Part shown: piece by piece, positions 47,311 to 57,094 of the stretch
Position numbering within the stretch: position 1 is the first letter of the stretch
Layout of the letters: every line of letters begins with the position of its first letter
Assembly: GCA_037917675.1 (NCBI GenBank)
Contig: JAVCBW010000013.1
Coordinates: 25,578-89,577, forward strand
From: Thermoproteota archaeon
GTDB lineage: Archaea; Korarchaeota; Korarchaeia; B14-G2
Length of the DNA: 64,000 bases
Reading direction: 5' to 3'
The notes under the pieces: generated by a model
The model's database searches: none
Seen by the model: the letters and a program-made list of their open reading frames with translations, nothing else
Told to the model about the DNA's origin: nothing
Made by a program: the position numbers and the translations under genes

Positions 47311-47674
47311 TATCAGTTATATCTCTATCAGCCTTCTTCATGACAGCTGCCACAGCCTTTGGAGGAACTTCTCCCTCAGCTGGTATCAATACATTAGCCC
47401 AAGGTCCAACTGGCATATAAGCCATTCCCTCACTCAGCTCATCATCTACCTTCACCCTCACAACAACAGCTCCACTTTCAGTTGAAACCTCAACAGGATC
47501 CCCCTCTTTAACAGCTAGCTTCTCTAAATCTACTCTCGACACATAGATGCAGCATGCTGAGTCACTATAGAGTTCACTGGGTTTACCTGCCATAGAGGCC
47601 TTACCCTGCTCTGTTGTTCTCACAACAAGCAAGGTAACGCTGGCATATGGATAAAGCAGCTCCATTAAGCTCAT
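47285..47674 (-). CDS. fwdD: Formylmethanofuran dehydrogenase subunit D
   Basis: RTTEQG, DLEKLAVKEGDPVEVSTESGAVVV, AYMPVGPWANVLI. Confidence 0.85.
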   Translation of the reverse strand: MSLMELLYPYASVTLLVVRTTEQGKASMAGKPSELYSDSACCIYVSRVDLEKLAVKEGDPVEVSTESGAVVVRVKVDDELSEGMAYMPVGPWANVLIPAEGEVPPKAVAAVMKKADRDITDINELFSGV

Positions 47675-47825
47675 ACTCTAAGCTATAGCCTCCTCCATCT
47701 TTAAACCTTACGTCTTGCCAAGAAAGCATAGGCGACATGCTTCAGAAAACTGCTATTAACATGCTTGCTTACAACCCAAAGGTTAAATAAGCTAGCTGGG
47801 GCGGATGCCACATGGTGTGACTTCC

Positions 47826-50171
47826 ATGTCTAAGAGAGCACTACATGTTAAGCTGAAGAAGCTTGAAGCTCCAAGCGCTGTCATCGAGGGATTAGAACTC
47901 GGAATTGGTAGGATATTCGAGGAGGAATGGGAGGAGCCACTTGGCCCCACACCATTTCCCTCTATGATAGAGCTGAGAGAGTGGGACATGAAGCTACTCA
48001 AGAGATACAAGCCCTTCTATATGCCATTCTGTGACGTATGCTGCCTCTGTACATTCGGGAAATGTGACCTCACGAAGGGCAAGCGTGGGGCATGTGGCCT
48101 AAACATGGCAGCTCAGCAGTCGAGGATAGTCCTCCTAGCATGCTGCATAGGAGCTGCAACACACTTAGGCCACGCTAAACACCTGATAGAGCACCTGATA
48201 GAGAAGTATGGAAGAGATCACCCGATTGACGTCGGTGGTGAGCGTGTCTACATAGAGGCTCCTGTGACTAGGCTCGTAACAGGAGTCAGACCAAAGACTC
48301 TAGGAGACCTAGAGGACATATGTGAGTACCTAGCTGGAGAAGTCGTACACCTTCTGTCCTGCTGCCACACTGGGATGGAAGGAGACAACCTAGACTTCGA
48401 GTCAAAAGTACTGCATGCAGGGATGATAGACCAAGTTGCGATGGAGCTAGCAGACATAGCACAGATATCAGCACTAGGATTCCCGAAAGCAGATCCAGAA
48501 GCTCCGCTAGTAGACCTGGGAGCCGGCATAGTGGACATAGAGAAGCCTACGATACTCGTCATAGGTCACAATGTCCCACCTGCAGCAGCCATAATGGACT
48601 ACCTTGTAGCTAACAACCTCTATGGCCAAGTCGAGGTAGCTGGAATCTGCTGCACAGCACACGATGTGGTCAGATATAACCCAGGAGCCAAAATAATAGG
48701 TCCAATATCATGGCAGCTAAGGTTTGTCAGAAGTGGCATAGCTGACGTGGTAGTCGTAGACGAGCAGTGTATCAGAACAGACATACTAGTTGAAGCCCAG
48801 AAGGTCAAGGCTCCACTAATAGCTACCTCAGAAAAGGTCTGCTACGGACTAAGAGATAGGACACACGACAACCCAGATGAGATCGTTGAAGACCTTCTAA
48901 CAGGACGTGAACCTGGTGCACTCATCCTTGACCCAGATAAGGCTGCTGAAGTAGCTGTTAAGGTGGCAGTGAAGATAGCTCCTGAGAGGAGAAAGTTCAA
49001 AGTGATACCAGACATAGCTGGTGTAATAGAGGAAGCTAAGAAGTGCACTCAGTGCAAGACCTGTGCGAGAGTGTGCCCAGCTGAGCTAGACATCCCTGCT
49101 GCAATGGCTAAAGCTAAAGAGGGAGATGTATCAGCCCTATCAGCACTCTACGAATACTGCGTAGGCTGTGGTAGATGTGAGAATGCATGTCCACAGGGAC
49201 TAAAGCCACACAGCTACATAGTTGCTGCGGCAGAAAGGGAGATGAAAGCTGAGAGATTCAAAGTAAGAGCTGGGAGAGGCGCAATCGGAGACACGGAGAT
49301 AAGGAACGTAGGCAGCCCGATAGTGCTAGGCGAGATACCTGGCGTGGTAGCTCTAGTAGGCTGTGCAAACTATGCTAATGGAGGAAGGGAGCTAGCTGAG
49401 GTAGCCGAGGAGTTTGCTAGAAGAAGGTATATAGTTGTTGCATCAGGCTGCGCAGCCATGACCATAGGAATGATGAAAGATGAAGAGGGTAAAACTATAT
49501 ACGAAAAGTATCCTGGAGTCTTTGATGCTGGGGGAGTTGTAAACGTGGGGTCATGTGTATCCAACGCACATATAGCTGGTGCAGCTATAAAGATCGCCAG
49601 CATATTCGCGAAGCGTAACCTTAGAGCGAACTACGAGGAGATAGCTGACTATATCCTGAACAGAGTAGGTGCAGTAGGAGTAGCTTGGGGAGCCTTCTCT
49701 CAGAAGGCTGCCTCTATAGCAGCTGGATTCTGGAGACTTGGCGTCCCAGTCATAGTAGGCCCACATGGACTCAAATATAGGAGGCTTCTTCTAGGGAGGC
49801 AAGATCGTGAGGAAGACTGGTATGTATATGATGCTAGGACAGGCAGGAAGGTGTATGTGGGCCCAGCACCAGAACACCTTTTCTACGCAGCTGAAAGCAA
49901 GGATGAGCTAATGGTGATGGTACCGAAGCTCTGCATGAGGCCGAATGATACCACAAAGGGCAGGATGATCAAGCTGACACACTACATAGACCTATACAAG
50001 AGGATATATGGGACACTTCCACCAGACCTACATCTCTTTGTAAGAAGAGTAGCTGACATACCAATTACGATAAAGGAGGAGGTCCTCGAGTTCTTAAAGG
50101 AGAAAGGGTGGAAAGAGATGGAAATACCTGACCCAACACTCCTGCCTAGGCTGATACGTAAAAAGGAGTGA
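47826..50171 (+). CDS. cdhA: CO dehydrogenase/acetyl-CoA synthase alpha subunit
   Basis: EPLGPTPFP, CDVCCLCTFGKCDL, IGHNVPP, GICCTAHD, VVDEQC, two ferredoxin motifs, GSCVSNAH, RPNDTTKGR. Confidence 0.97.
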   Translation: MSKRALHVKLKKLEAPSAVIEGLELGIGRIFEEEWEEPLGPTPFPSMIELREWDMKLLKRYKPFYMPFCDVCCLCTFGKCDLTKGKRGACGLNMAAQQSRIVLLACCIGAATHLGHAKHLIEHLIEKYGRDHPIDVGGERVYIEAPVTRLVTGVRPKTLGDLEDICEYLAGEVVHLLSCCHTGMEGDNLDFESKVLHAGMIDQVAMELADIAQISALGFPKADPEAPLVDLGAGIVDIEKPTILVIGHNVPPAAAIMDYLVANNLYGQVEVAGICCTAHDVVRYNPGAKIIGPISWQLRFVRSGIADVVVVDEQCIRTDILVEAQKVKAPLIATSEKVCYGLRDRTHDNPDEIVEDLLTGREPGALILDPDKAAEVAVKVAVKIAPERRKFKVIPDIAGVIEEAKKCTQCKTCARVCPAELDIPAAMAKAKEGDVSALSALYEYCVGCGRCENACPQGLKPHSYIVAAAEREMKAERFKVRAGRGAIGDTEIRNVGSPIVLGEIPGVVALVGCANYANGGRELAEVAEEFARRRYIVVASGCAAMTIGMMKDEEGKTIYEKYPGVFDAGGVVNVGSCVSNAHIAGAAIKIASIFAKRNLRANYEEIADYILNRVGAVGVAWGAFSQKAASIAAGFWRLGVPVIVGPHGLKYRRLLLGRQDREEDWYVYDARTGRKVYVGPAPEHLFYAAESKDELMVMVPKLCMRPNDTTKGRMIKLTHYIDLYKRIYGTLPPDLHLFVRRVADIPITIKEEVLEFLKEKGWKEMEIPDPTLLPRLIRKKE

Positions 50172-50177
50172 TGTTGG

Positions 50178-50720
50178 GTGGTTATCATGTCTCTGACACG
50201 CTCTTGGATGATAGCTGAGATACCTGGCCCGACTAGAGCTAACGTCATAACTAAGCCTGAGATAGTGGTGGCGCTAATAAGAAGGCACAAAAGGCCTCTT
50301 TTAGTTGTGGGAAGCAGGATAGCCACCGATGTAGGTGAAGAGTCGATGGCAGACTACGTGATAAGGCTTGCAAAGGCAGCTAACATACCCATACTAGCTT
50401 CCCTCCCTGCCCTCAGAGTTCTACGTGAAAAGGGGTTTGAGCCGATAGCAGCTATGCCACTAGCAGACATAGGAGCAAGGCTTGTTGACCCCAGCTGGCA
50501 GGGTGTAGACGGTAAGGGCCCACATGACCTGCTACTGGTCCTGGGATTCAGGTACTATGAGCAGTGGCTCCTCCTCTCTGGAGTAAAGCACTTCTCAGAT
50601 ACGACGCTTATTAGCCTCGACTACAGGTATCAACCTCATGCTAAATGGTCTTTTCTCAATATCTCCCTGGAGGACTGGAAGAAAAACTTAAAAGCCATCA
50701 TCGAGAAGCTTAGCAGCTGA
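50178..50720 (+). CDS. cdhB: ACDS epsilon subunit
   Basis: AEIPGP, KRPLLVVG, DPSWQGVDGKGPHDL, YQPHAKWSF. Confidence 0.93.
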   Translation: MVIMSLTRSWMIAEIPGPTRANVITKPEIVVALIRRHKRPLLVVGSRIATDVGEESMADYVIRLAKAANIPILASLPALRVLREKGFEPIAAMPLADIGARLVDPSWQGVDGKGPHDLLLVLGFRYYEQWLLLSGVKHFSDTTLISLDYRYQPHAKWSFLNISLEDWKKNLKAIIEKLSS

Positions 50721-50743
50721 TACGTAGCCTATGAGGTGGTGTT

Positions 50744-52210
50744 GTGTCGGCAGAAGGATTCCCAGTGGATATAGGCGTCATATATGAGGGAGAGCGTATA
50801 AGGAAGCATGAGATGTATGCTGAGTGGGGTGGGGTTAAACAGAGGTACAAGTTCGAGCTGGTTCGTGTCAGGTCTATAGAGGAAGTCGAAGATGGCAAAG
50901 TTCAGGTTATAGGGCCTGACATAAAGGATCTACCAGAGGGGGCTGCAGCTCAGCCTCTGGGCATACTGGTTGAGGTAGCTGGAAAGCAGCTCAAAGAGGA
51001 GATGGAAGGTGTCATAGAGAGGAGGATACACGATTTCTGCAATTACATCGAAGGGTTCATGCACTTAAATCAGAGATATGACATCTGGCTTAGATTAAGC
51101 AAGAAGTCATTTAAGAAAGGCCTCGACTCATTCACCTGGATTGGAAAAGCGCTATGCAAGCTGTTTAAGAGTGAGCTGCCGATAATCGAGAAGATACAGG
51201 TCACGTTCATAACAGACCTAGAGAAGGTCAAGGAGATGTTTGACAATGCGCTCAAGGTATATGAAGCTAGAGACGCTAGAGTAAGGGGGTTAAAGGACGA
51301 GGAAGTAGACGCATTCTATGGCTGCACACTATGCCAGTCATTTGCTCCAACACATGTCTGCGTCATAACTCCACAGAGATACTCGAACTGTGGTGCTATA
51401 AGCTGGCTTGACGCCAGGATAGCAGCCCAAATAGACCCTAAAGGTCCATTGTTCAGGATGGATAAGGGAGAGTGCCTAGACCCTATGCTAGGAGAGTGGA
51501 GTGGAGTGAATAAGACAGTGAAGGAAAAGTCTCTTGGAGAGGTGACACGTGTATGCTTGTATTCAGCGTTCACATACCCTCATACATCCTGCGGTTGCTT
51601 TGAGTGTGCAGCATTCTACGTACCTGAAGTAGATGGGCTCGGGATAGTCCACAGAGGGTTCGCTGGAAATACGGTGATAGGGCTCCCATTTACGACCATA
51701 GCTGACTCAACAGCTGGAGGAAGGCAAGTCCCTGGCTTCCACGGCTTAAGCTTCGAGTACATGAGGTCACCAAAGTTCCTTCAAGCTGACGGAGGCTGGG
51801 AGAGAGTTGTATGGATGCCATCAGAAGCTAAGGAAAGAGTAAAGGGGTTCGTACCAGATGAGCTATTAGATAAGATAGCTACAGAAAAGGATGTCTCAAA
51901 TGTAGAAGAGCTCAAGGAGTGGCTCAAGGAGAAAGGCCACCCAGTAGTTGCAAGATGGAAGGAAGAGGCTATAGAAGAGAAGAAGCCTCCTGAGGAAGCT
52001 GCCCCTGCTGCTCCCCCAACCGCAATACCTGGAGTTCCAGTAATCACAGCTCCACAAGCTGCTGCAGTCCCCACAGCAGGAGGCTATCAGCTTGTGCTTA
52101 ACCTACCAGCGCCAGCTGCAGGAGGGCCAACCTACAAGATAATACTAAAGGATGTCAAGATCATAGCAAAGAAAATGATCTTAAGGAAGATAGCAGAGGA
52201 GAAGAAATAG
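50744..52210 (+). CDS. cdhC: ACDS beta subunit (acetyl-CoA synthase)
   Basis: YEGERIRK, FYGCTLCQSFAPTHVC, PHTSCGCFE, SPKFLQADGGWERVVWMP; Pro/Ala-rich linker and basic C-terminal strand. Confidence 0.97.
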   Translation: MSAEGFPVDIGVIYEGERIRKHEMYAEWGGVKQRYKFELVRVRSIEEVEDGKVQVIGPDIKDLPEGAAAQPLGILVEVAGKQLKEEMEGVIERRIHDFCNYIEGFMHLNQRYDIWLRLSKKSFKKGLDSFTWIGKALCKLFKSELPIIEKIQVTFITDLEKVKEMFDNALKVYEARDARVRGLKDEEVDAFYGCTLCQSFAPTHVCVITPQRYSNCGAISWLDARIAAQIDPKGPLFRMDKGECLDPMLGEWSGVNKTVKEKSLGEVTRVCLYSAFTYPHTSCGCFECAAFYVPEVDGLGIVHRGFAGNTVIGLPFTTIADSTAGGRQVPGFHGLSFEYMRSPKFLQADGGWERVVWMPSEAKERVKGFVPDELLDKIATEKDVSNVEELKEWLKEKGHPVVARWKEEAIEEKKPPEEAAPAAPPTAIPGVPVITAPQAAAVPTAGGYQLVLNLPAPAAGGPTYKIILKDVKIIAKKMILRKIAEEKK

Positions 52211-52224
52211 AAGCAGGTGATCTG

Positions 52225-52353
52225 GTGGCCGAGGAGCCTCCTCAGGAAGCTGCTGAGCTCTTCGCAAAGTTCCTAGAGCTTGTAAAGAAGTTCGGGTACC
52301 TCGAGCTTGAGAATGTCAGGATAGAGGCAGAAGAACTCGAGCTTGAAGTCTAG
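52225..52353 (+). CDS. 42-aa small protein in the cdh operon (MAEEPPQEAAELFAKFLELVKKFGYLELENVRIEAEELELEV)
   Basis: GTG start with AGGTGA RBS; fills the cdhC-cdhD gap; similar to the CdhD N-terminal peptide. Confidence 0.75.
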   Translation: MAEEPPQEAAELFAKFLELVKKFGYLELENVRIEAEELELEV

Positions 52354-52364
52354 CAGGTGCTAAT

Positions 52365-53588
52365 ATGCCAGGAGATGAGGGCTTATCAATCAACATAGGG
52401 AGCAAACTGGCTAGATACCTAGAGCAGTATGGTGAGATAGAGCTTGAGGACGTTGCAATACAGCTAGAGCACCTAGAGCTCCAAGTCTTGCCTGGAGCTC
52501 CTCCCAGAGCAGTAGTAGCTGCTCCGCCAGTTGTCCCAGCGAAGCCAAAGCCTACTAAGCTCATAGAGGTGGAGTTCAAGCCTCCTGTATATGAGTATGT
52601 GCTGCCAATCCAGGAGGTTACCATAGGTGCTACTAGAGCTGAGGGAGGGACTAGAGCCTACTCACTGACGGTAGGCGGAGAAAAGGCTCCACCCTTCTAC
52701 CTGTTTGAGTCCCCTCCCCCTCACAAGCCTGTGATAGCATGCGACGTATTCGACTGGAAGGTCCCCTTAGCTAAGGCTGTCAAGCAGCATGTTAAGGAAG
52801 TGTATGGCGATCCTGTAGCATGGGCTAAGCTTGCTGTCGAGAAGTTTGGAGCAGAGCTCATAACACTACACCTCATAAGCATAGATCCACTGATCAAAGA
52901 CACGCCGCCAAAGGAGGCAGCTAAAACAGTAGAGGAAGTGCTACAGGCGGTAGATGTCCCCCTGATAGTTGGTGGCTGTGGAGACCCAAAGAAGGATACT
53001 AAAGTATTTGAGAAGGTGGCTGAGGTAGCTGAAGGTGAGAGAATAGTTATAAACTCCATGACAAAGGAGATGCTTGAATATGATACCAAGAGGAATGTTG
53101 ATACCATAATCAAGCATAATCATGTCACCATAGCATTCACTCCCATGGATATGAACCTTGCAAGGGAGCTTAATAGGAGATTGACATCAGAAGGTGTCCC
53201 AAGGAGCTCAATAATCATGGATACAACTACAGCAGCTCTAGGCTATGGCATAGAATACGCTTTCACGATAATGCAAAGATCTAGGCTAGCAGGTTTAATG
53301 GGTGATGAGGAGCTAGCATTCCCTATCTCCTCTGGGACAACCAACGCCTGGGCTGCTAGAGAAGCCTGGCTGAAGCAACTTGATGCAGTATGGGGTCCTA
53401 GGGAGCTAAGAGGTCCAATCTGGGAGACGATAACAGCTCTCACTCTACTGATAGCTGGCGTAGACCTCTTTATGATGATGCATCCTGCTGCAATGAAAAC
53501 TGTAAGAGACGTGATAGACGAGCTCATACAGGGAATGGGGAGAGCAAAGCCGGAGCTCATTGAAAACTGGGTTTCAGCCAGGATGTGA
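52365..53588 (+). CDS. cdhD: ACDS delta subunit (CFeSP small subunit)
   Basis: EVTIGATRAEGGTR, GGEKAPPFY, GGCGDPKKD, AALGYGIEY, NAWAAREAW, MMMHPAA. Confidence 0.96.
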   Translation: MPGDEGLSINIGSKLARYLEQYGEIELEDVAIQLEHLELQVLPGAPPRAVVAAPPVVPAKPKPTKLIEVEFKPPVYEYVLPIQEVTIGATRAEGGTRAYSLTVGGEKAPPFYLFESPPPHKPVIACDVFDWKVPLAKAVKQHVKEVYGDPVAWAKLAVEKFGAELITLHLISIDPLIKDTPPKEAAKTVEEVLQAVDVPLIVGGCGDPKKDTKVFEKVAEVAEGERIVINSMTKEMLEYDTKRNVDTIIKHNHVTIAFTPMDMNLARELNRRLTSEGVPRSSIIMDTTTAALGYGIEYAFTIMQRSRLAGLMGDEELAFPISSGTTNAWAAREAWLKQLDAVWGPRELRGPIWETITALTLLIAGVDLFMMMHPAAMKTVRDVIDELIQGMGRAKPELIENWVSARM

Positions 53589-53598
53589 GGTGGCCTAT

Positions 53599-55017
53599 AT
53601 GCCCAGGAAGGAGCTTAGCCCAATAGACATATACAATCTCCTACCTAGAACAAACTGCAAGGAGTGTGGTGAAGAAAACTGCATGGCTTTTGCTGCCAAG
53701 CTGGCTACACATGAAGCAAAGCTAGAGCAATGCACGCCACTGCTAACAGACCCCAGATATAAGGAAAGCTACAAGAATCTCTGGGATATGCTCAAGCCAC
53801 CAGTCAAGGAGGTGATAATCGGGGTAGGAGACAGAGCTATCAAAGTTGGTGGAGAATACGTGATGTATAGGCATGAGCTCACATACTATAATCCAACAGC
53901 CATAGCCATAGATGTGACAGATGACATGTCAAGTGAGGAGGTCTTAAAGAGGGTGGAGTATGTAGAGAACTTCGTATATACTTATATAGGAATAGATCTA
54001 AGGCTGAACGCCATCGCAGTTAGGTGTGTTTCAGGAGATCCGAAGCAGTTTGCTGATGCAGTCAGGAAGGTGACAGATAAGACCAGCCTCCCACTGATCC
54101 TATGCAGTTTAGACCCAAAGTGCATGGAGGAAGCTCTTAAGGTAGCTGGCAGCAAGAGGCCTCTGATATATGCTGCAAACAAGAGTAACTGGAGAGATAT
54201 GGCTGAGCTTGCCCTCAGATACAAGTGCCCTCTCGCAGTATTTTCACCAAATGACTTAAAGACCCTCAGATCTCTCTCTAAGACTCTCCTGGAGTATGGT
54301 GTAGAGGACCTAATGCTAGACCCCGGCACATTCCCTGGAGAGGGCCTAGCTGACACATGGAACAACTTCGTTATGCTGAGAAGGCTGGCTTGCAAGGAGG
54401 AAGATGAGCTTTTAGGATTCCCTCTGATAGGTGTGCCGCTCACTTCTTGGCTAGTAGACCCATCTGAGCCAGAGACTATAAAGCAGTGGAGAGAAGCCTA
54501 CATAGCTGGGATGCTGATCTCACTATTTGCTGACTTGCTGATTATGCACAGCATAGAAGGCTGGGTTCTACTACCTAACGTGATCCTCAGGCAGAACATT
54601 TACACTGATCCAAGGAAGCCTGTTGCAATTGAGCCTGGCTTAAGGACGTTTGGTAGCCCAGATGAGACGTCTCCTGTCCTGTTAACCTCAAACTTTGCGC
54701 TCACATATTACACTGTAGCTGCTGACATCGAAGCAAGCAAGAAAGACTGCTATCTACTGGTGGCAGACACAGAGGGCCTAGCTGTAGAGTGTGCTGTAGC
54801 AGGGAGGAAGCTCACAGCTGAGGGTATAGCTGACGTGGTAAAGTCGTCTGGGATAGAGCAAAAGGTCAAGCACAGGAAGCTCATAATACCTGGAAGGGCA
54901 GCTAGGCTTAAGGGAGAGATAGAAGATGCTACAGGGTGGGATGTGATGGTAGGCCCACTAGACTCCTCTGGGATACCAAAGTTTCTAGCTGACAACTGGC
55001 CTCCTAGGAACCTCTAG
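53599..55017 (+). CDS. cdhE: ACDS gamma subunit (CFeSP large subunit)
   Basis: LPRTNCKECGEENCMAFA, YRHELTY, RQNIYTDPRKP, NFALTYYTV, VGPLDSSGI; ATG 53599 with GAGGTG RBS. Confidence 0.96.
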   Translation: MPRKELSPIDIYNLLPRTNCKECGEENCMAFAAKLATHEAKLEQCTPLLTDPRYKESYKNLWDMLKPPVKEVIIGVGDRAIKVGGEYVMYRHELTYYNPTAIAIDVTDDMSSEEVLKRVEYVENFVYTYIGIDLRLNAIAVRCVSGDPKQFADAVRKVTDKTSLPLILCSLDPKCMEEALKVAGSKRPLIYAANKSNWRDMAELALRYKCPLAVFSPNDLKTLRSLSKTLLEYGVEDLMLDPGTFPGEGLADTWNNFVMLRRLACKEEDELLGFPLIGVPLTSWLVDPSEPETIKQWREAYIAGMLISLFADLLIMHSIEGWVLLPNVILRQNIYTDPRKPVAIEPGLRTFGSPDETSPVLLTSNFALTYYTVAADIEASKKDCYLLVADTEGLAVECAVAGRKLTAEGIADVVKSSGIEQKVKHRKLIIPGRAARLKGEIEDATGWDVMVGPLDSSGIPKFLADNWPPRNL

Positions 55018-55853
55018 GAGACACCGAGTAGCTCAAGTAGCGTGGTATCAGGTACAAGCCCTATCCTTCCTGCTATTCTTCTTGCAGCAACTACTGAAGG
55101 GCTCTCTGGTGGTAGCTCAAGCAGTGGCTTCCCCTCTAGGTTAAAGATTGCTATGTTAGGGTCTCTAGGGATCACGCCACCGTATTTCACACCGATCTCA
55201 TGAGCCTTTCTCCTTACGATGTTCTCTAGCTCTCTTGGGAACATGTTACCTATCAGATACAGTTCCTTAACGTCAATATGGACCTCCTCGGTGATCTCTC
55301 TGATCCTCTTCGCCGTCTCAAACCCCATCTTAGATGGATCTGTCACAATAAGCATGATATCGACATCTCGATCTGTTCTTCTGCTGAGGTGCTCTAGCCC
55401 TGCTTCCATGTCCATCAACGTGATCTTATAGTTTGAGGTCAGCTTATCAAGTATCCTTGTCAGCAAGCTGTTGACAAAGCAGTAGCATCCCTCTCCCTCA
55501 GTCCTTCCCATAGCTAGCAAATCAAAATCATCTCCCTCAACGAGAGTTTCGAAAATCCAGGACTCAAGCAAATCTCCTTTAGAAACTCCGGGAGGAAGCT
55601 TATCCATCTCAATACTCCTCTTAAGCTTGGTAGCTACATCACCTACGGTTTTAGGCACCTCTACACCTAGTACATCAGGTAGGTTTGTAGCTGGGTCAGC
55701 GTCAACAACCAGGATAGGCCCCTCTCTCTTCTCGAGCAGCACCTTAAGTATAAGCGCTGTCACAGCTGTCTTTCCAACACCACCCTTACCCGAAACTGAC
55801 ACGACTATGTTGCTCAAGTCCTCACCTAACTTCTCGCAGTTCGACGCGTACAC
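55014..55853 (-). CDS. cooC: CODH/ACS nickel-insertion ATPase CooC/AcsF
   Basis: SGKGGVGKT, VDADP, EGEGCYCFVN, DMEAGLEHLSR; true start probably slightly downstream. Confidence 0.92.
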   Translation of the reverse strand: MYASNCEKLGEDLSNIVVSVSGKGGVGKTAVTALILKVLLEKREGPILVVDADPATNLPDVLGVEVPKTVGDVATKLKRSIEMDKLPPGVSKGDLLESWIFETLVEGDDFDLLAMGRTEGEGCYCFVNSLLTRILDKLTSNYKITLMDMEAGLEHLSRRTDRDVDIMLIVTDPSKMGFETAKRIREITEEVHIDVKELYLIGNMFPRELENIVRRKAHEIGVKYGGVIPRDPNIAIFNLEGKPLLELPPESPSVVAARRIAGRIGLVPDTTLLELLGVS

Positions 55854-56499
55854 TACTCCCAGAGTACTCTATGTACGCGTAGCTCCCCCAGCTTAGAGGC
55901 CCAGGGTTCACAATAGTGCTGCTCCCCAGCCTATCGATACACTTCGATTCATGTATATGTCCACATAAGCACAGTTTAGGCCTCCTCTTTTCGATGAACA
56001 TCCTTATACTTCTGCTACCGACATGCCTTATTTTCATAGCTCTATCACATCTCGTCCCATAAGGAGGAACATGTGTCACCAAGACATCTATGCTCCCATG
56101 TAGAAGTGAGAGCCTCTCTGCTATCTCGCTTTCAGATAACTCAAATGGTGTGTGGAAGGGAGACTTATTTCCTCCACCGAACCCTGCTATCATCACTCCA
56201 CTATGCTCTAATACTCTCCCATGGATATTGAATGCTTTACCTATCTTACTGGCCTCAGCAAGGACAGGGAGATCCATATTACCAGGTATAAACACGATGT
56301 CATCCCATCTCCTACCTACCATCTCCAGAACCTCTCTGGCATCATCTATTCCTCCTCTATCTGTTAGATCTCCTGAAATAGCTATGAGATCTGCGTCAGT
56401 GCTACTATCTGATACAAATCTCCTTACTGCAGCCAGGTCACCATGTATGTCTGATATCCCTATCATCCTCAGCATACGCTCTCCCTCATAGGCAATCAT
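55822..56499 (-). CDS. Icc-like metallophosphoesterase
   Basis: ISDIHG, SGDLT, PGNMD, THVPPYGT, HVGS, CGHIHE, VNPG. Confidence 0.9.
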   Translation of the reverse strand: MIAYEGERMLRMIGISDIHGDLAAVRRFVSDSSTDADLIAISGDLTDRGGIDDAREVLEMVGRRWDDIVFIPGNMDLPVLAEASKIGKAFNIHGRVLEHSGVMIAGFGGGNKSPFHTPFELSESEIAERLSLLHGSIDVLVTHVPPYGTRCDRAMKIRHVGSRSIRMFIEKRRPKLCLCGHIHESKCIDRLGSSTIVNPGPLSWGSYAYIEYSGSSVRVELREVR

Positions 56500-56655
56500 G
56501 CTCTCTACACACCTTTAAAGCTAGCTTACCTGAATCGGGCAACCAGGTAGCTAACTTCCTCTATTACTGGCGTACTAGAGCTGCCTACTATAGCAAAGCT
56601 TATAAGCTCATCTTGTCAGAGGACAGGTAGCAAAAAAGATAGCAAATTAGGAAAG

Positions 56656-57036
56656 ATGTGGGTGAGAAACCTAGGTAGACACTTGATATTAGAGTTCTAT
56701 GGGTGCCCTAAAGAGATACTAGATAGTGTAGAGCACATTAGAGATGCGTTGACTAAGGCAGCAGAGGAGGCTAACGCCACGGTCTTAAGTAACACATTCC
56801 ACAAATTCACCCCTCAGGGGATAACGGGGGTAGTAGTCATCTCAGAATCCCATCTCTCCATACATACATGGCCTGAATATGGATATGCTGCAGTTGACAT
56901 ATTTACATGTGGAAACCACACAGACCCATGGGCTGCATATGAAATCCTAGTGAGATCATTAAAACCAAGGAAAGTAACCGTAACCGAGATGAAGAGAGGC
57001 ATTCTGGTGGAGAGTGAGCTGGAAACGCTGGCTTGA
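56656..57036 (+). CDS. speD: Pyruvoyl-dependent S-adenosylmethionine decarboxylase proenzyme (an arginine decarboxylase paralogue cannot be excluded)
   Basis: GRHLILEFYGC, FTPQGITGVVVISESHLSIHTWPEYGYAAVDIFTCG. Confidence 0.88.
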   Translation: MWVRNLGRHLILEFYGCPKEILDSVEHIRDALTKAAEEANATVLSNTFHKFTPQGITGVVVISESHLSIHTWPEYGYAAVDIFTCGNHTDPWAAYEILVRSLKPRKVTVTEMKRGILVESELETLA

Positions 57037-57094
57037 CTAAAAGCTGGCGTGAGCTACAGAAGTATAATAAATCTCAAGCCAGTACCCTACTAGG

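Noticed and set aside
56524-56551. Short inverted repeat TACCTG...CAGGTA upstream of speD
   Set aside because: Only 6-8 bp; expected by chance; no second supporting site
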